From a virus: DNA of 64,000 bases. Under the pieces are notes generated by a model. It had not been told where the DNA came from, made no database searches, and worked only from the letters and a program-made list of their open reading frames with translations. Location of the stretch: the IMG/VR virus record IMGVR_UViG_3300047300_001121, positions 17,389 to 81,388 of that record, one strand, 5' to 3'. Of this stretch, positions 35,040-44,600 are shown piece after piece. Position 1 is the first letter of the stretch; each line of letters begins with the position of its first letter. Position numbers and translations under genes: made by a program.

Positions 35040-36175
35040 TCCAGGCGCCCAGCAAGATCATCAGCCCTGAATGAGGCGTAGCGCTTGGCCATCGAGCTGC
35101 CCGGCGCCCAGCCCATGATCTTCTCGATCTCGGCCTCTCGGAACAGCCAGTTCCCGCGCTTGTCGCGCATCTCGTACCACCGGCACGTCGCCTCGTGACG
35201 CAGGTCGTGCTCAGTGAGGTCTTCGCAACCAGCATAACCAAAGAGCAACCCGAACCGACGAGAGAGGCGCGTGGTGACCGTGTCGAGTGTTTCGGGGTCT
35301 TGGTCCCACCACGGAAAAATAAGCGCGCCTGGCTTTGATTTGGCTGCTCGCCGGGCCATCATCGGGCGGATCTCTTTGACCATGGGCACATCGCGCCAGG
35401 CCTCACGGCCATGCCACTGCTTTGAGCTCTTCACGCGCAACGAGCGCTCGCCCAGCCATTCGCTCTGTATCGTGTAAGCCTCGCGCAAGCGCAGGCCGGT
35501 GTGCAGGATCAGCAGGAAGAGGTCGCGCAGATCCTCGTCGGGCTCGAGTGCGCGCTGTCGGTCAGGACGTTTCTTGCCGGCCAGGGCGTCCATGATTTGC
35601 TCGAGCTCGCCCTTGCGCAGCCGGCGGTCACGCACCTTGTCTGATCTCGCGCGCTTGCCGAGCTTCTTTGCATCGGCTGCATCCTTGGCGCTGTAGCTGG
35701 CCGATCCGCGCGGCAGTGAGCGCAGCGGATTGCCAACCAGCAGATCGGGTGTCTTGCGCAGCTCCCAGTCAATGCAGCGGGCGAGGGCGCCGATGCGCTT
35801 ACGGATCGTGCCTGGCGCCAGGTTGGCCTTGAGCTTCATGTCGCGCACCCATTGCTCGCACCATGCATACGTGAGGCCGGACATCTTGAGCGAGCCGATC
35901 TCACCGGTGAGCACGTTCAGGATTTCGTCGTCCGCGGTCGAGAGCTGGCCATGTGCTTGCCACGCACGGATCACCGAGTGCAGTGTTTGCGTTGGCGCCT
36001 TCTTTTCATCGACCAGTCCAGCAGGAACGACGCCGGAGTCGAGCAGCTCGCGCGCTTGTGTGCCGTACGCGTTGGCTGCGTCTTCGTTGTTGAAGGTGAG
36101 GTACACCGGCTTGGGCAGCAGCCGATGTGTGATGCGCAGCTCAAAGTTGCCGCTCGGTGTTTGCCGCACTCCCAT
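35036..36175 (-). CDS. int: Tyrosine integrase
   Basis: TGLRLRE, HDLRH, MGW...RY catalytic signature. Confidence 0.95.
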   Translation of the reverse strand: MGVRQTPSGNFELRITHRLLPKPVYLTFNNEDAANAYGTQARELLDSGVVPAGLVDEKKAPTQTLHSVIRAWQAHGQLSTADDEILNVLTGEIGSLKMSGLTYAWCEQWVRDMKLKANLAPGTIRKRIGALARCIDWELRKTPDLLVGNPLRSLPRGSASYSAKDAADAKKLGKRARSDKVRDRRLRKGELEQIMDALAGKKRPDRQRALEPDEDLRDLFLLILHTGLRLREAYTIQSEWLGERSLRVKSSKQWHGREAWRDVPMVKEIRPMMARRAAKSKPGALIFPWWDQDPETLDTVTTRLSRRFGLLFGYAGCEDLTEHDLRHEATCRWYEMRDKRGNWLFREAEIEKIMGWAPGSSMAKRYASFRADDLAGRLD

Positions 36176-36183
36176 GTCCGCCT

Positions 36184-36271
36184 CGTGTGGTCGACGTGTG
36201 GTGCGTTTAGCTTACGCCGTCAGCGGAAAGAAGGGAAGTTTACGTGTGGTTCAACCACAAAAACGTGTGGT
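36184..36271. repeat. Integrase arm-type sites (4x CGTGTGGT)
   Basis: Copies at 36184, 36195, 36243, 36264. Confidence 0.7.
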
Positions 36272-36324
36272 TTTTGGGTCGAAATGAGGCCATCGCGAAT
36301 CGCCCTGCCGCGTGGGTTCAATCA

Positions 36325-36337
36325 TAACACATTGATT
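36325..36337 (-). promoter_or_regulatory. IHF site in attP
   Basis: AATCAA-TGTG-TTA fits WATCAANNNNTTR. Confidence 0.65.
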
Positions 36338-36372
36338 TTGTGTAGATCTGTGGTACAATCGAATTAAACGAT

Positions 36373-36389
36373 ACGGCTTTGCAGGCCGT
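36373..36389 (-). other. Putative attP core (tRNA-Cys anticodon-arm mimic)
   Basis: ACGGC-CTGCAAA-GCCGT. Confidence 0.6.
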
Positions 36390-36446
36390 TTCAACCCTTA
36401 CGCGCCAGGGACTTGCAGAAGAACCGCTCGTCGAGCAGGAGGATTG

Positions 36447-36517
36447 AGCTCGAGAGCGGAATCGAACCGCTGTCCCAGGTTTTGCAGACCTGTGCCTAAC
36501 CACTCGGCCACTCGAGC
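36447..36517 (-). tRNA. tRNA-Cys(GCA), CCA not encoded
   Basis: GCTCGAG acceptor stem, CAGGT-CTGCAAA-ACCTG, GGTTCGATTCC, U73. Confidence 0.9.
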
Positions 36518-36531
36518 AAGGACCTTAAATA

Positions 36532-37251
36532 ATGACACAACCATTTCAACTCAGCAATGAAGAGCTTGGCCGAGCCATGGTGGCTTTTGCCAATAACGCA
36601 GTTCGATCCGGCGACGGCGACTGCTGGAGCTGGTCCGGCACAAAGGACAGGGGAGGATACGGACGCATCAGCGTCAACGGCGACAAGAAGATCGGGGCGC
36701 ATCGGTTTTCGTTTTGGTTGCACGGCAATGGTGATCCAGGTGAACTGTTCGTCTGCCACGACTGCGACAACCCGGAATGCACGAACCCGTCGCACCTGTT
36801 CCTGGGCACCCCAAAGGACAATAGCCAAGACTGCGTCGTCAAAGGTCGGGCAGCAGACGTTCGAGCAGAGCAGAACCCAAGGGCCCTGATCGACAATCAA
36901 CTGGCGATCCGAGTGTCAGAGGAGGTTGAGTCAGGCAAGACAAACCGACAGATCGCACAAGAGCTCGGCATCGGCGAAGAGCTGGTGAGCCGAATCAAGA
37001 CCGGCAGATCGTGGGCATCTGCGACCGGCAGGACTCGCGTTTACCGGGCTCCAGCTCAGAAGATTGAGCGACCATTAAGGCGCCCTCGAGTTGGTTCGCA
37101 GAACGCGTCATCGAAGCTGACGGAGGATGACGTCAGGGAGATCAGGTCGTCTGCCGGATCCTCATACGAAATAGCCAAGAAATACGGAGTGTCCGCCGTT
37201 ACGATTCAGTTGATACGCAAGCGCGCGACCTGGGCGCACGTTGCGGACTGA
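36532..37251 (+). CDS. HNH homing endonuclease with HTH domains
   Basis: CWSWSG...AHR...VCHDCDNPECTNPSHL. Confidence 0.9.
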   Translation: MTQPFQLSNEELGRAMVAFANNAVRSGDGDCWSWSGTKDRGGYGRISVNGDKKIGAHRFSFWLHGNGDPGELFVCHDCDNPECTNPSHLFLGTPKDNSQDCVVKGRAADVRAEQNPRALIDNQLAIRVSEEVESGKTNRQIAQELGIGEELVSRIKTGRSWASATGRTRVYRAPAQKIERPLRRPRVGSQNASSKLTEDDVREIRSSAGSSYEIAKKYGVSAVTIQLIRKRATWAHVAD

Positions 37252-37341
37252 CCTGTTGCTGCACCGCCACACGGTGCGGAAATTCAGCAGAACATGCCGA
37301 TGCGGTTTCCTATAATCGTTGGCATACGAAAGGAAATCGCG

Positions 37342-37650
37342 ATGCACGAACAACCCCCAATTTTCTACCCGGAGCACAGCGCCCGCCAGCTCGGCCAGTT
37401 CTACGTTGATCACGTCATGGCCATGACGCGCGAGAAGCTGCACGAGAAATCAGACATCGCCATTCAGCTTGCTTGGCGCGATGCCGAGCTGCGCCGGCTG
37501 CGCGAAGCCAATTTGGAGCTACTGGATTCGCTGAAGCATGCCCGTTGGCGCATTGCCAATCTTGTTGGTCCAGAGGGCGCGCAGGGGATTGATCGCACCG
37601 TCATTGACAAGATTGACTCCGCCGTCTCCAAGCATGGGGGTGCAGTATGA
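37342..37650 (+). CDS. Hypothetical protein
   Basis: HVMAMTREKLHEKSDIA; TATAAT and AAGGA upstream. Confidence 0.7.
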   Translation: MHEQPPIFYPEHSARQLGQFYVDHVMAMTREKLHEKSDIAIQLAWRDAELRRLREANLELLDSLKHARWRIANLVGPEGAQGIDRTVIDKIDSAVSKHGGAV

Positions 37651-37907
37651 CCTCTCGAGGAGACGCTCTGCACCAGTGCTCGCAGCAACTGCACCGCGCG
37701 AAGGTGCAGCTGCAAGATGTCGAGCGAGCCAGCAAGGAAGGCTGGCGGCATGCGAATGAGCTGGAGCAGGAGCGGGCGCGACTTCAGCGCGCCCTTGAGC
37801 TGATGATTTCCGACATGACCGTCATTGCCAAGAGTGGGTTCACGCACCCAAACCAGAAGAGATTTGCAGAGGCGTCAATCAAGCGAGCCATGGAGGCGAT
37901 GGCATGA
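37647..37907 (+). CDS. Hypothetical protein
   Basis: Overlap coupling. Confidence 0.55.
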   Translation: MTSRGDALHQCSQQLHRAKVQLQDVERASKEGWRHANELEQERARLQRALELMISDMTVIAKSGFTHPNQKRFAEASIKRAMEAMA

Positions 37908-38167
37908 CCTGCATCGTCTTTCACGGCGGCGGCGTGAAATCCATCGTGTACGTTAATCCAGGCGGCCGACTGAAGCTGGGGAACAGGTATGTGTGGCTTG
38001 ACTTCCATCCGTACTGTGGGCCGTCGTTTTCCTGGGATCGCAACGGCGACAGGCCGTATGAGCCCGAGGACGAAAACGACCCCATCTGGCCACTGTTTGA
38101 GGCTTGGTTCACAAAGTATCAGGCAAAGAAAGAGCGCGAAGCCATGCGCTCAGAAAGGAACGTATGA
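37904..38167 (+). CDS. Hypothetical protein
   Basis: FHPYCGP motif. Confidence 0.65.
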   Translation: MTCIVFHGGGVKSIVYVNPGGRLKLGNRYVWLDFHPYCGPSFSWDRNGDRPYEPEDENDPIWPLFEAWFTKYQAKKEREAMRSERNV

Positions 38168-38424
38168 TCGACATCGAGCAACTGCTGAGCCACAAAAAGC
38201 TGGCGCAATGGGACTGTGGAGTGGTGAGGGTTGTACGTCCGACGGGGCGATACATTGACGCGAAACACGGTGAAACGGTTCCGCTCTACTACGAGGAGCG
38301 CCTGCGCTATTCCGTCGAGATAAAGGATGGATGGTTCGACACGAAGTGGGTGCTGGCGTGCAACCTGAAGCCGGTCAGCACGTCCGCCACAGCGCGTAGA
38401 GCGCGAGTCCGATGGGAATGCTGA
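38164..38424 (+). CDS. Hypothetical protein
   Basis: AAGGA RBS. Confidence 0.5.
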   Translation: MIDIEQLLSHKKLAQWDCGVVRVVRPTGRYIDAKHGETVPLYYEERLRYSVEIKDGWFDTKWVLACNLKPVSTSATARRARVRWEC

Positions 38425-38641
38425 GCCACGGATGGGCGACGGCGAGGGTGACGAATCCAACAAGGATTGCGACTGCTGAGATAGGGTGATTCCATTGACG
38501 CATTTCCGATCGTAGCGTCTCCGAACCCGAGTTCGGAGGCGCAATGCGGAACCGTTGTTTTAATGCGACAGATTTGGCTGCTTACTTCATTTAATGCGTC
38601 GTAATTCACGCCTTACGCGAACTACGACAAATTTTTCAAAC

Positions 38642-38669
38642 AAAAAAAAGCCCACCCCGAAGGGTGGGC
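38642..38669 (-). terminator. Intrinsic terminator of the virion operon
   Basis: GCCCACCC-TTCG-GGGTGGGC-T8. Confidence 0.9.
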
Positions 38670-38694
38670 GAGCGTCCTGCGGTAGCGAGGATGA

Positions 38695-41600
38695 TCAGTC
38701 GACGCGCTCGAGCTCTTTCTTGACTGCGGCGCGGATCTCTTTCGGCGCGGTGGCGGCGACACGCTGAGCCTTGCTCTTGTTCGCTTCCTGCACGCGCTTG
38801 TTGATCTGGCCAGCATCGATGGAAATGCGGCTCTCTGGGTTGTTGCGGTTCCAGTCGGCGAGCTCTTGCTTGGCCTCTTCGATGAGGTCGGGCTTCTTCT
38901 CGATGCGGCCGCGGGCCCACTTGTCGGCGATCTCCGTCTCGCGCAGCTTGTTCTGTGTGATCAGGTTTTGCTGGGCGCCGGTTGCCTCCTGCACCTGGGC
39001 GACGGCCTTGGGTTGGAATCCAAGCGCCTTGGCAAACGCGTCGTACGCATCGGTGTCAACCACCTTGCGGCCCTTCTGGTCGCGGTAGTAGCCCATCGTG
39101 GCCATGTCGGCAGACTTGATCCAGTTCTGCGCAGCCACCGGTGCAACGGCCTCCGCCGCTTTGCCAAACTCGCCCTGGGCGATGCTTGCAACGCCGGTGC
39201 CGATGTTGGTGAAGAACGTGCCGGCCGGGCCCAGGATCTCGAGGTAGTCGCGGCCGTAGTCGCGCTTCTTCGTCAGCAGGCCGGTGCCTGGCACGAGGTT
39301 GCCCAGACCCATGCGGCCGGACAAGTCGATCGGCACACCAGGCAAGCCGGACAGCCCGCTCATCACGAACTCGGCGCCAGCCTGGCCCAGGATCGAGGCG
39401 AAGAATTCCTTCTTGGCCTGCTTGCTGTCGAAACTGCGGCCCAGCACGCGCTGCATGAAGCCGTCGATCACGTCGTCCAGATCATCGGCGCCAGGCATGC
39501 CAGTCAGACCGGAGGCCAGGAACAGCACGGCGAGCGCCAGGCCGACGGCCTTCTTGCCCTCGGGCCCGTTGCCCCACATGCGCCGCAGGAACTCGACGTA
39601 GCCGATCGAATACTGCTTGAACGTGAACAGGGTGCCACCCACCGCGCCACGCGCCCATGCCGGCTTGTTGCCCTTGTTGTAGACGCCCTGGGTCTCGGCA
39701 ATCGCCTTCTGGGCAAATGCCATCGGATCAGCCATGCCCTGGTCGCGCGCCAGCTTGTAGGCAGCGATGAAGGTCACGCGGCGGTTGAACTGTTCGGCCG
39801 CCGAGAACACCTTGCCCCAGCCCAGCTGCAGCTTGGCCATGGCATTGTTGATCTTGGCCGCGGCGTCGCCTGCTTTGGTGCCGTCACCGGATTGCAGCTG
39901 GCCCTTGCCCTGCGCCTGAGCCATCAGCTGGTGAACTTCCTGCGGGCTCACGATGCCTTCGTCTTCGGCGCGCTTCAGAGCGGCCGCGAGCTCGTCGTCA
40001 TTGCGGATGCCGCGGGATGCCATCTTCACGGCCTCGCCCATGCGCTTGGCTGCGCCGGCGGCGCCACCGAATTGCGACAGGTACGGCAGCGTCATGGTGA
40101 ACGGCTGGGTCAAGTTGACCATGGCCGATGCGATCGATCCGCCGATGAACTGCGTGAACAGCATGCCGCGGATGGCCTGAGCCTCTTCGCGCGGGTTCTG
40201 CACGTATTCCATTAGGCGCACAGCCGCGTCCTTGACGTCGCCGTCGCGCTGGTCAATGGCTTGCACAGAGCGGCCAATCTCGCCGGCATGCAGGTTGGTC
40301 GACGTCTGGCGGGCGTTGCTGTACACGAAGCCAGCGAGCACGCGGCCGACGTCTTCGCTGAAGCCGTTGATACCCTTGCGCTCAATCAGTCGCTTCATGG
40401 CCGAGCGGTTGGTCTTGGCCATCTTGAGGTACTGCTGGAACGCCTCTGACTTGGCGTCGACACCAGACTCTTCCAGGCCCAGCGATTCGCCGAACAGCGC
40501 CAGCGTCTCAGGCGTGACGCCACTGAAGAGCTTGTAGCTCTCCTGGCTCATCGTGCCCTGGGTGACGGTCGCGTCGGGGTACTGCTCTTGCATCTCGCGA
40601 GCCATCTTGTTGGCGTCGCGCTCGCTCTCGAACATCGAGAAGTAGAGCTGCTCACCATCTTTGCCAACGGCGTACACGGTGTACTCACCGAAGCGAGACA
40701 GCGGAGCGTAGCCGCGGGCCATCAAACCGATGGCCTGGCCAGCCTTTTCCTTGATGGCGCGCTTGCTGTCCTCGAGGACCTTGGCGCGCGTTGGCTGTTG
40801 CTCGATCAGCTGGTCGAGGTGAGCGATCATCGCGTTGAGGGCGCCGTCCAGATTCTTGGCGTCGAGCGCTTGCTGACGCACACCTTCGGAGTCGGTGCCC
40901 AGGTAGCGCAGCATGTCAGAAACAGCGAGGTCGGACAGGCTCTTGTTGGTCGCGCGACGGAACTCGCGGTACAGGCCGATCTGGCGGTCGTTCAGACCGA
41001 AGAGCTCTTTGAGCTCGTCGTTGGTGAACACGACGCCAGCCTTGTCGACGTCTTCGGTCTCGACGATGTTGCCTTCGTCATCGCGCGTGTACTTCAGCGT
41101 GCCGCCGAAAATCGGGTCACGCAGGGCCTTGACGTCTTCAGCCGACAGGGGCGTTTTGCCGATGTCCTTCCAGCTCTCGAGCTTGGGCAGGATGTTGGGC
41201 GCCAGGTCGGCGGCGCGGGTGGCGTAGACCGACACGTCGTTGATGAAGCGCTGCACGGCGTCGAACACGCGCTTGAACTGCGGGTGCTTCTGCGCCAGGT
41301 TGTACTGCGTGCCGATGGTGCGATCCCACCAGCTCAGCTTCTTGCTCGTCTTCAGCAGGTCGCCGAGGTTGTAGTTGGCCGTGACCTTCATTTGGCTCAG
41401 GTCATCGAAGTAGGGGCGGTCAGCGCTCTTGCGGATGTCCGGGTTGGTCGGGTCAAAATTGCCATTGTTGCCGATGGCGGATTTGATCTGCTCTGGGCGG
41501 AAGGCGATGTAGACGTTGCGAACCTCGAATCCTTTTCCGCCACGAATGATGACGCCATCGGCACCAGCTTTCTCTGCAGCCTCGATGATCTTGTCGTGGT

Positions 41601-44600
41601 TGTAATCAAACCACTTGTCCGGGGATCCAGTCGCCTTTCGCTCATACGGATTTTGCAGGCTCAGGTAAACCGGCATGATGTTGGCGCCACCATTGCCAAA
41701 GCGTGGATTCTCCTCGTCACCGAAGTTTGCGCCATCGGCCTGCTCTGCATAAACGCCAGCAGGAATTGGGCGGTTGGTGAAGAAGAACCCCTTATTTCCA
41801 CCTCGGTAAACGTAGTTCCGCCCGGACCGCTCGCGATCGAAAACGGAAAAGTCAGACGCTGTGCCGTGATACACCACCAGAGGATTGCCATCAGCATCCA
41901 CAACCTTCGAGTCGCCGAACCACTCCTTGAACTCGGGCGTGTCGGTCTGGCGATCGCGGCTGAACAGAGCAACGCCCTGGCCGACGGTCTCGCGCATCTT
42001 GTCGGTGACGTCGAAGCCGGACTGCTCGCCAGTCAGTCCGACGCCGGCGCTTCCGTCAACCTCTTTGATGACGGCGTCGCCGGTATATGCCAGCCGGTAT
42101 TCGTTCGCTTCTTTGCGGCTATCGGTTCGGAACAGGCGTTCACCGCTGTCCTCGTCAAACACGACATACCTGCCGCCAACATCTTCGCCGCCAAACACAA
42201 CGGAACTCAGCTTCTCGCCACCAAGCTTCGGCAGCAGCTTGCTGATGGCCTGCGGTACGATCTTGTCGTAGAAGGTCTTCATGCCTTCGCCGCCGACTCT
42301 GAGGCCCTCGCCGCTCAGTGTGCGGATGTCCTTCAGGTCTTCGTAATCAGGCGCGCCAGGCGTACCCTCGACTTGGCCTTCGCGTGAGTCCATCTTCTGG
42401 ACGATCTCTTTGCCGACGATGTCCTCGAGCTCTGCGGCAGTGAAGTCGCCGTTCTTGATGTTGCTGCCGCCGGCCATCACGTTGATGTAGTAGCCTTTGG
42501 CGGTCGGCTCGTAGCTGATGGAGTCAACCTGCTTGCTCAGGTCATAGCGATCGGCAGACTGCTCGCCGTTGACGAATGCGACTTTGTCGTAGCCACCCTC
42601 GACAGCCATCATCGCAATGCGCTTGAGTGCGAGGTTGAGCCAGCCTTCGGTCTTGGTGACGAAGGGAGCAAGCGGTACGCCCTGGTTGCTTCGGACAAGT
42701 TGCTCGGTGAGTTGCGATTTCTCGTCGGACAGCCTGTTCCACTCGGCTTGTAGCTCGGGCACATCTTCTGAATTTACCGTCTTCGCAATCTCGCGCAGAC
42801 GCGCAGTGATGGCCTGCATACGCGCCTCGATACCGGGGCGGTCAACTTCCTGCTTGAACCCCTTCTTCTTGCCCTCTTGACCCCAGTCCGATTGCAGCTC
42901 TTCCACGAAGAGCACGCGCTTGCCGTCGGCATCGGTGCGGTCGTTGACGCGGATGTGGGCGAGGATGTTGGGCTCATCCCAGTGGCTGGACAAATAGCCG
43001 CCGTTCATGCGATCGGCTTCGACAATCATGTTGTCGCCAGTCTCGCGCTCGCGGTCGGCGCGGAAGCGCTCAGCGCCTTCGCGGTCAAAAAAGCCTTCGC
43101 CTTCGATGTCACCATTCTCGTTGACGACACGATAGTCGCCAGCCTTCTCGGGCAGCGTGATCAGCAGCTCACGGTAGTTTTCGCCGCCTGGCAGGGTGTA
43201 AGCGATGTACTTGGCTGGGCGCTCAGGCTCAGGCGCGTATTCCTCGTCGGAGTCTTCCGGAATCCACACGCCTTCGTTGGGACTCTGCGTCAGCGTCACT
43301 TCGGAGATCTTCACGCCGCTGTCGTCAAGGTACGCGACCAGGTCGTCTTTGGTAAGCTTGTTCTTGCCCTGCAAATCCAAGAAGTCTTTGATACCGGACC
43401 ACTCAATTTCGTCGGCTTTAATACCGAGCTTCGATGCGTTGGCGGTGAGCCATTGCTTCCACGCCGGCGCGGCCATGGTGGCCAGGCGCTGCGGCACTTG
43501 CTCGATGGCGCGTTGCAGTTGGCTGTAGAAAGCCGGGCGCGCCGGCGATTTCAGGACTTGTCCGGCTGCTCCGGCTCGAACTTCGCCGCCTGCATCCGAT
43601 ACACCTCGTGCGCCGTCTTGCCCGAGGTCGCCTCGGAGGCGCGAAGCTGCTCTTTCAAGTCCTTGACGTAGGGGTGATCCGAACCATGCTTCGCCTCCAG
43701 GCGCGCGATCTCCGCCTTCAGCGATTCGATCAATGTACTCACGATAGTTTTCCTTCCCGACAACAACAGTGTCGTAGTTCTGCATGGCCGCAAAGGCCAC
43801 TCCATCCATGCCACGAACTTCCGCAGCGATGTCGTTGAGCAGCTCACGCTTCTCCTGGATCGCACGCTCAATGCCGCCAGGTGCCAACAACTCGTCGCGC
43901 AGATCCTCGTCCCAGCGCATCGAGATCTCGGGCACGTATTGCAAACGCACACCGATAAACGATTCGCCCGTCACGCCTTTCGGGGTCACGCGGGGATCCA
44001 CCGCCATTGTAAATCCATCCTGCCCGCGAGACGTGAATTTCTCGAGAATCGGCATGGCAGTCGCGAGGTCTCGTTGCGACTTGAAGTAGATCTCGACGCC
44101 AGGGCGAGCATTGGCGCTGTCGTCCTTCGGGCCCAGCACCTTTGACACAAAGATGTCGTACTGATTGTTCTCTTCAGCAATGCGAGCGATCTCGGCCATC
44201 ACCATGGACGGGTCATGCTGGCCTTTGGTCGCAGTCCATTCGGTGTCGAACGAGGCCTCGACCGTGCCGCCGTACAGACCCGAAGTGGGCATGACGCGGG
44301 CCGCCACAACGCTGTCGTCGCCAACCAGAATGGAGAGCACGCGGGCCTGGGCGACGGATGCCTCGTCGTTGTTGGGCACCTTCTCGCCTTGCTGGATGCT
44401 CCAGCCGGCCAGGTAGCGCTCAACAGGCGTGGCTTCGATGTTCTCTTCAAACGAGCCGCCTTCGCCGGTCTTGCTGGTCCAACCCTTTTGACCCCAGAGC
44501 TCCTTCTCGGCGAACCAGGCGATGGCTTGTAGATCTGGCGGGGTGACATTGATGCCGCGTTCCGCAAGCGCCCGGGAGACTTTGTCCATCACATCTGCGC

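Noticed and set aside
36390-36446. tRNA-associated theta/HDV-like ribozyme after tRNA-Cys
   Set aside because: CCTCCT is present but I cannot build the nested double pseudoknot
38516-38605. dif/res site or origin (hairpin 38516-38543; TTAATGCG x2)
   Set aside because: No match to the XerC/D consensus and no resolvase gene; function unsupported
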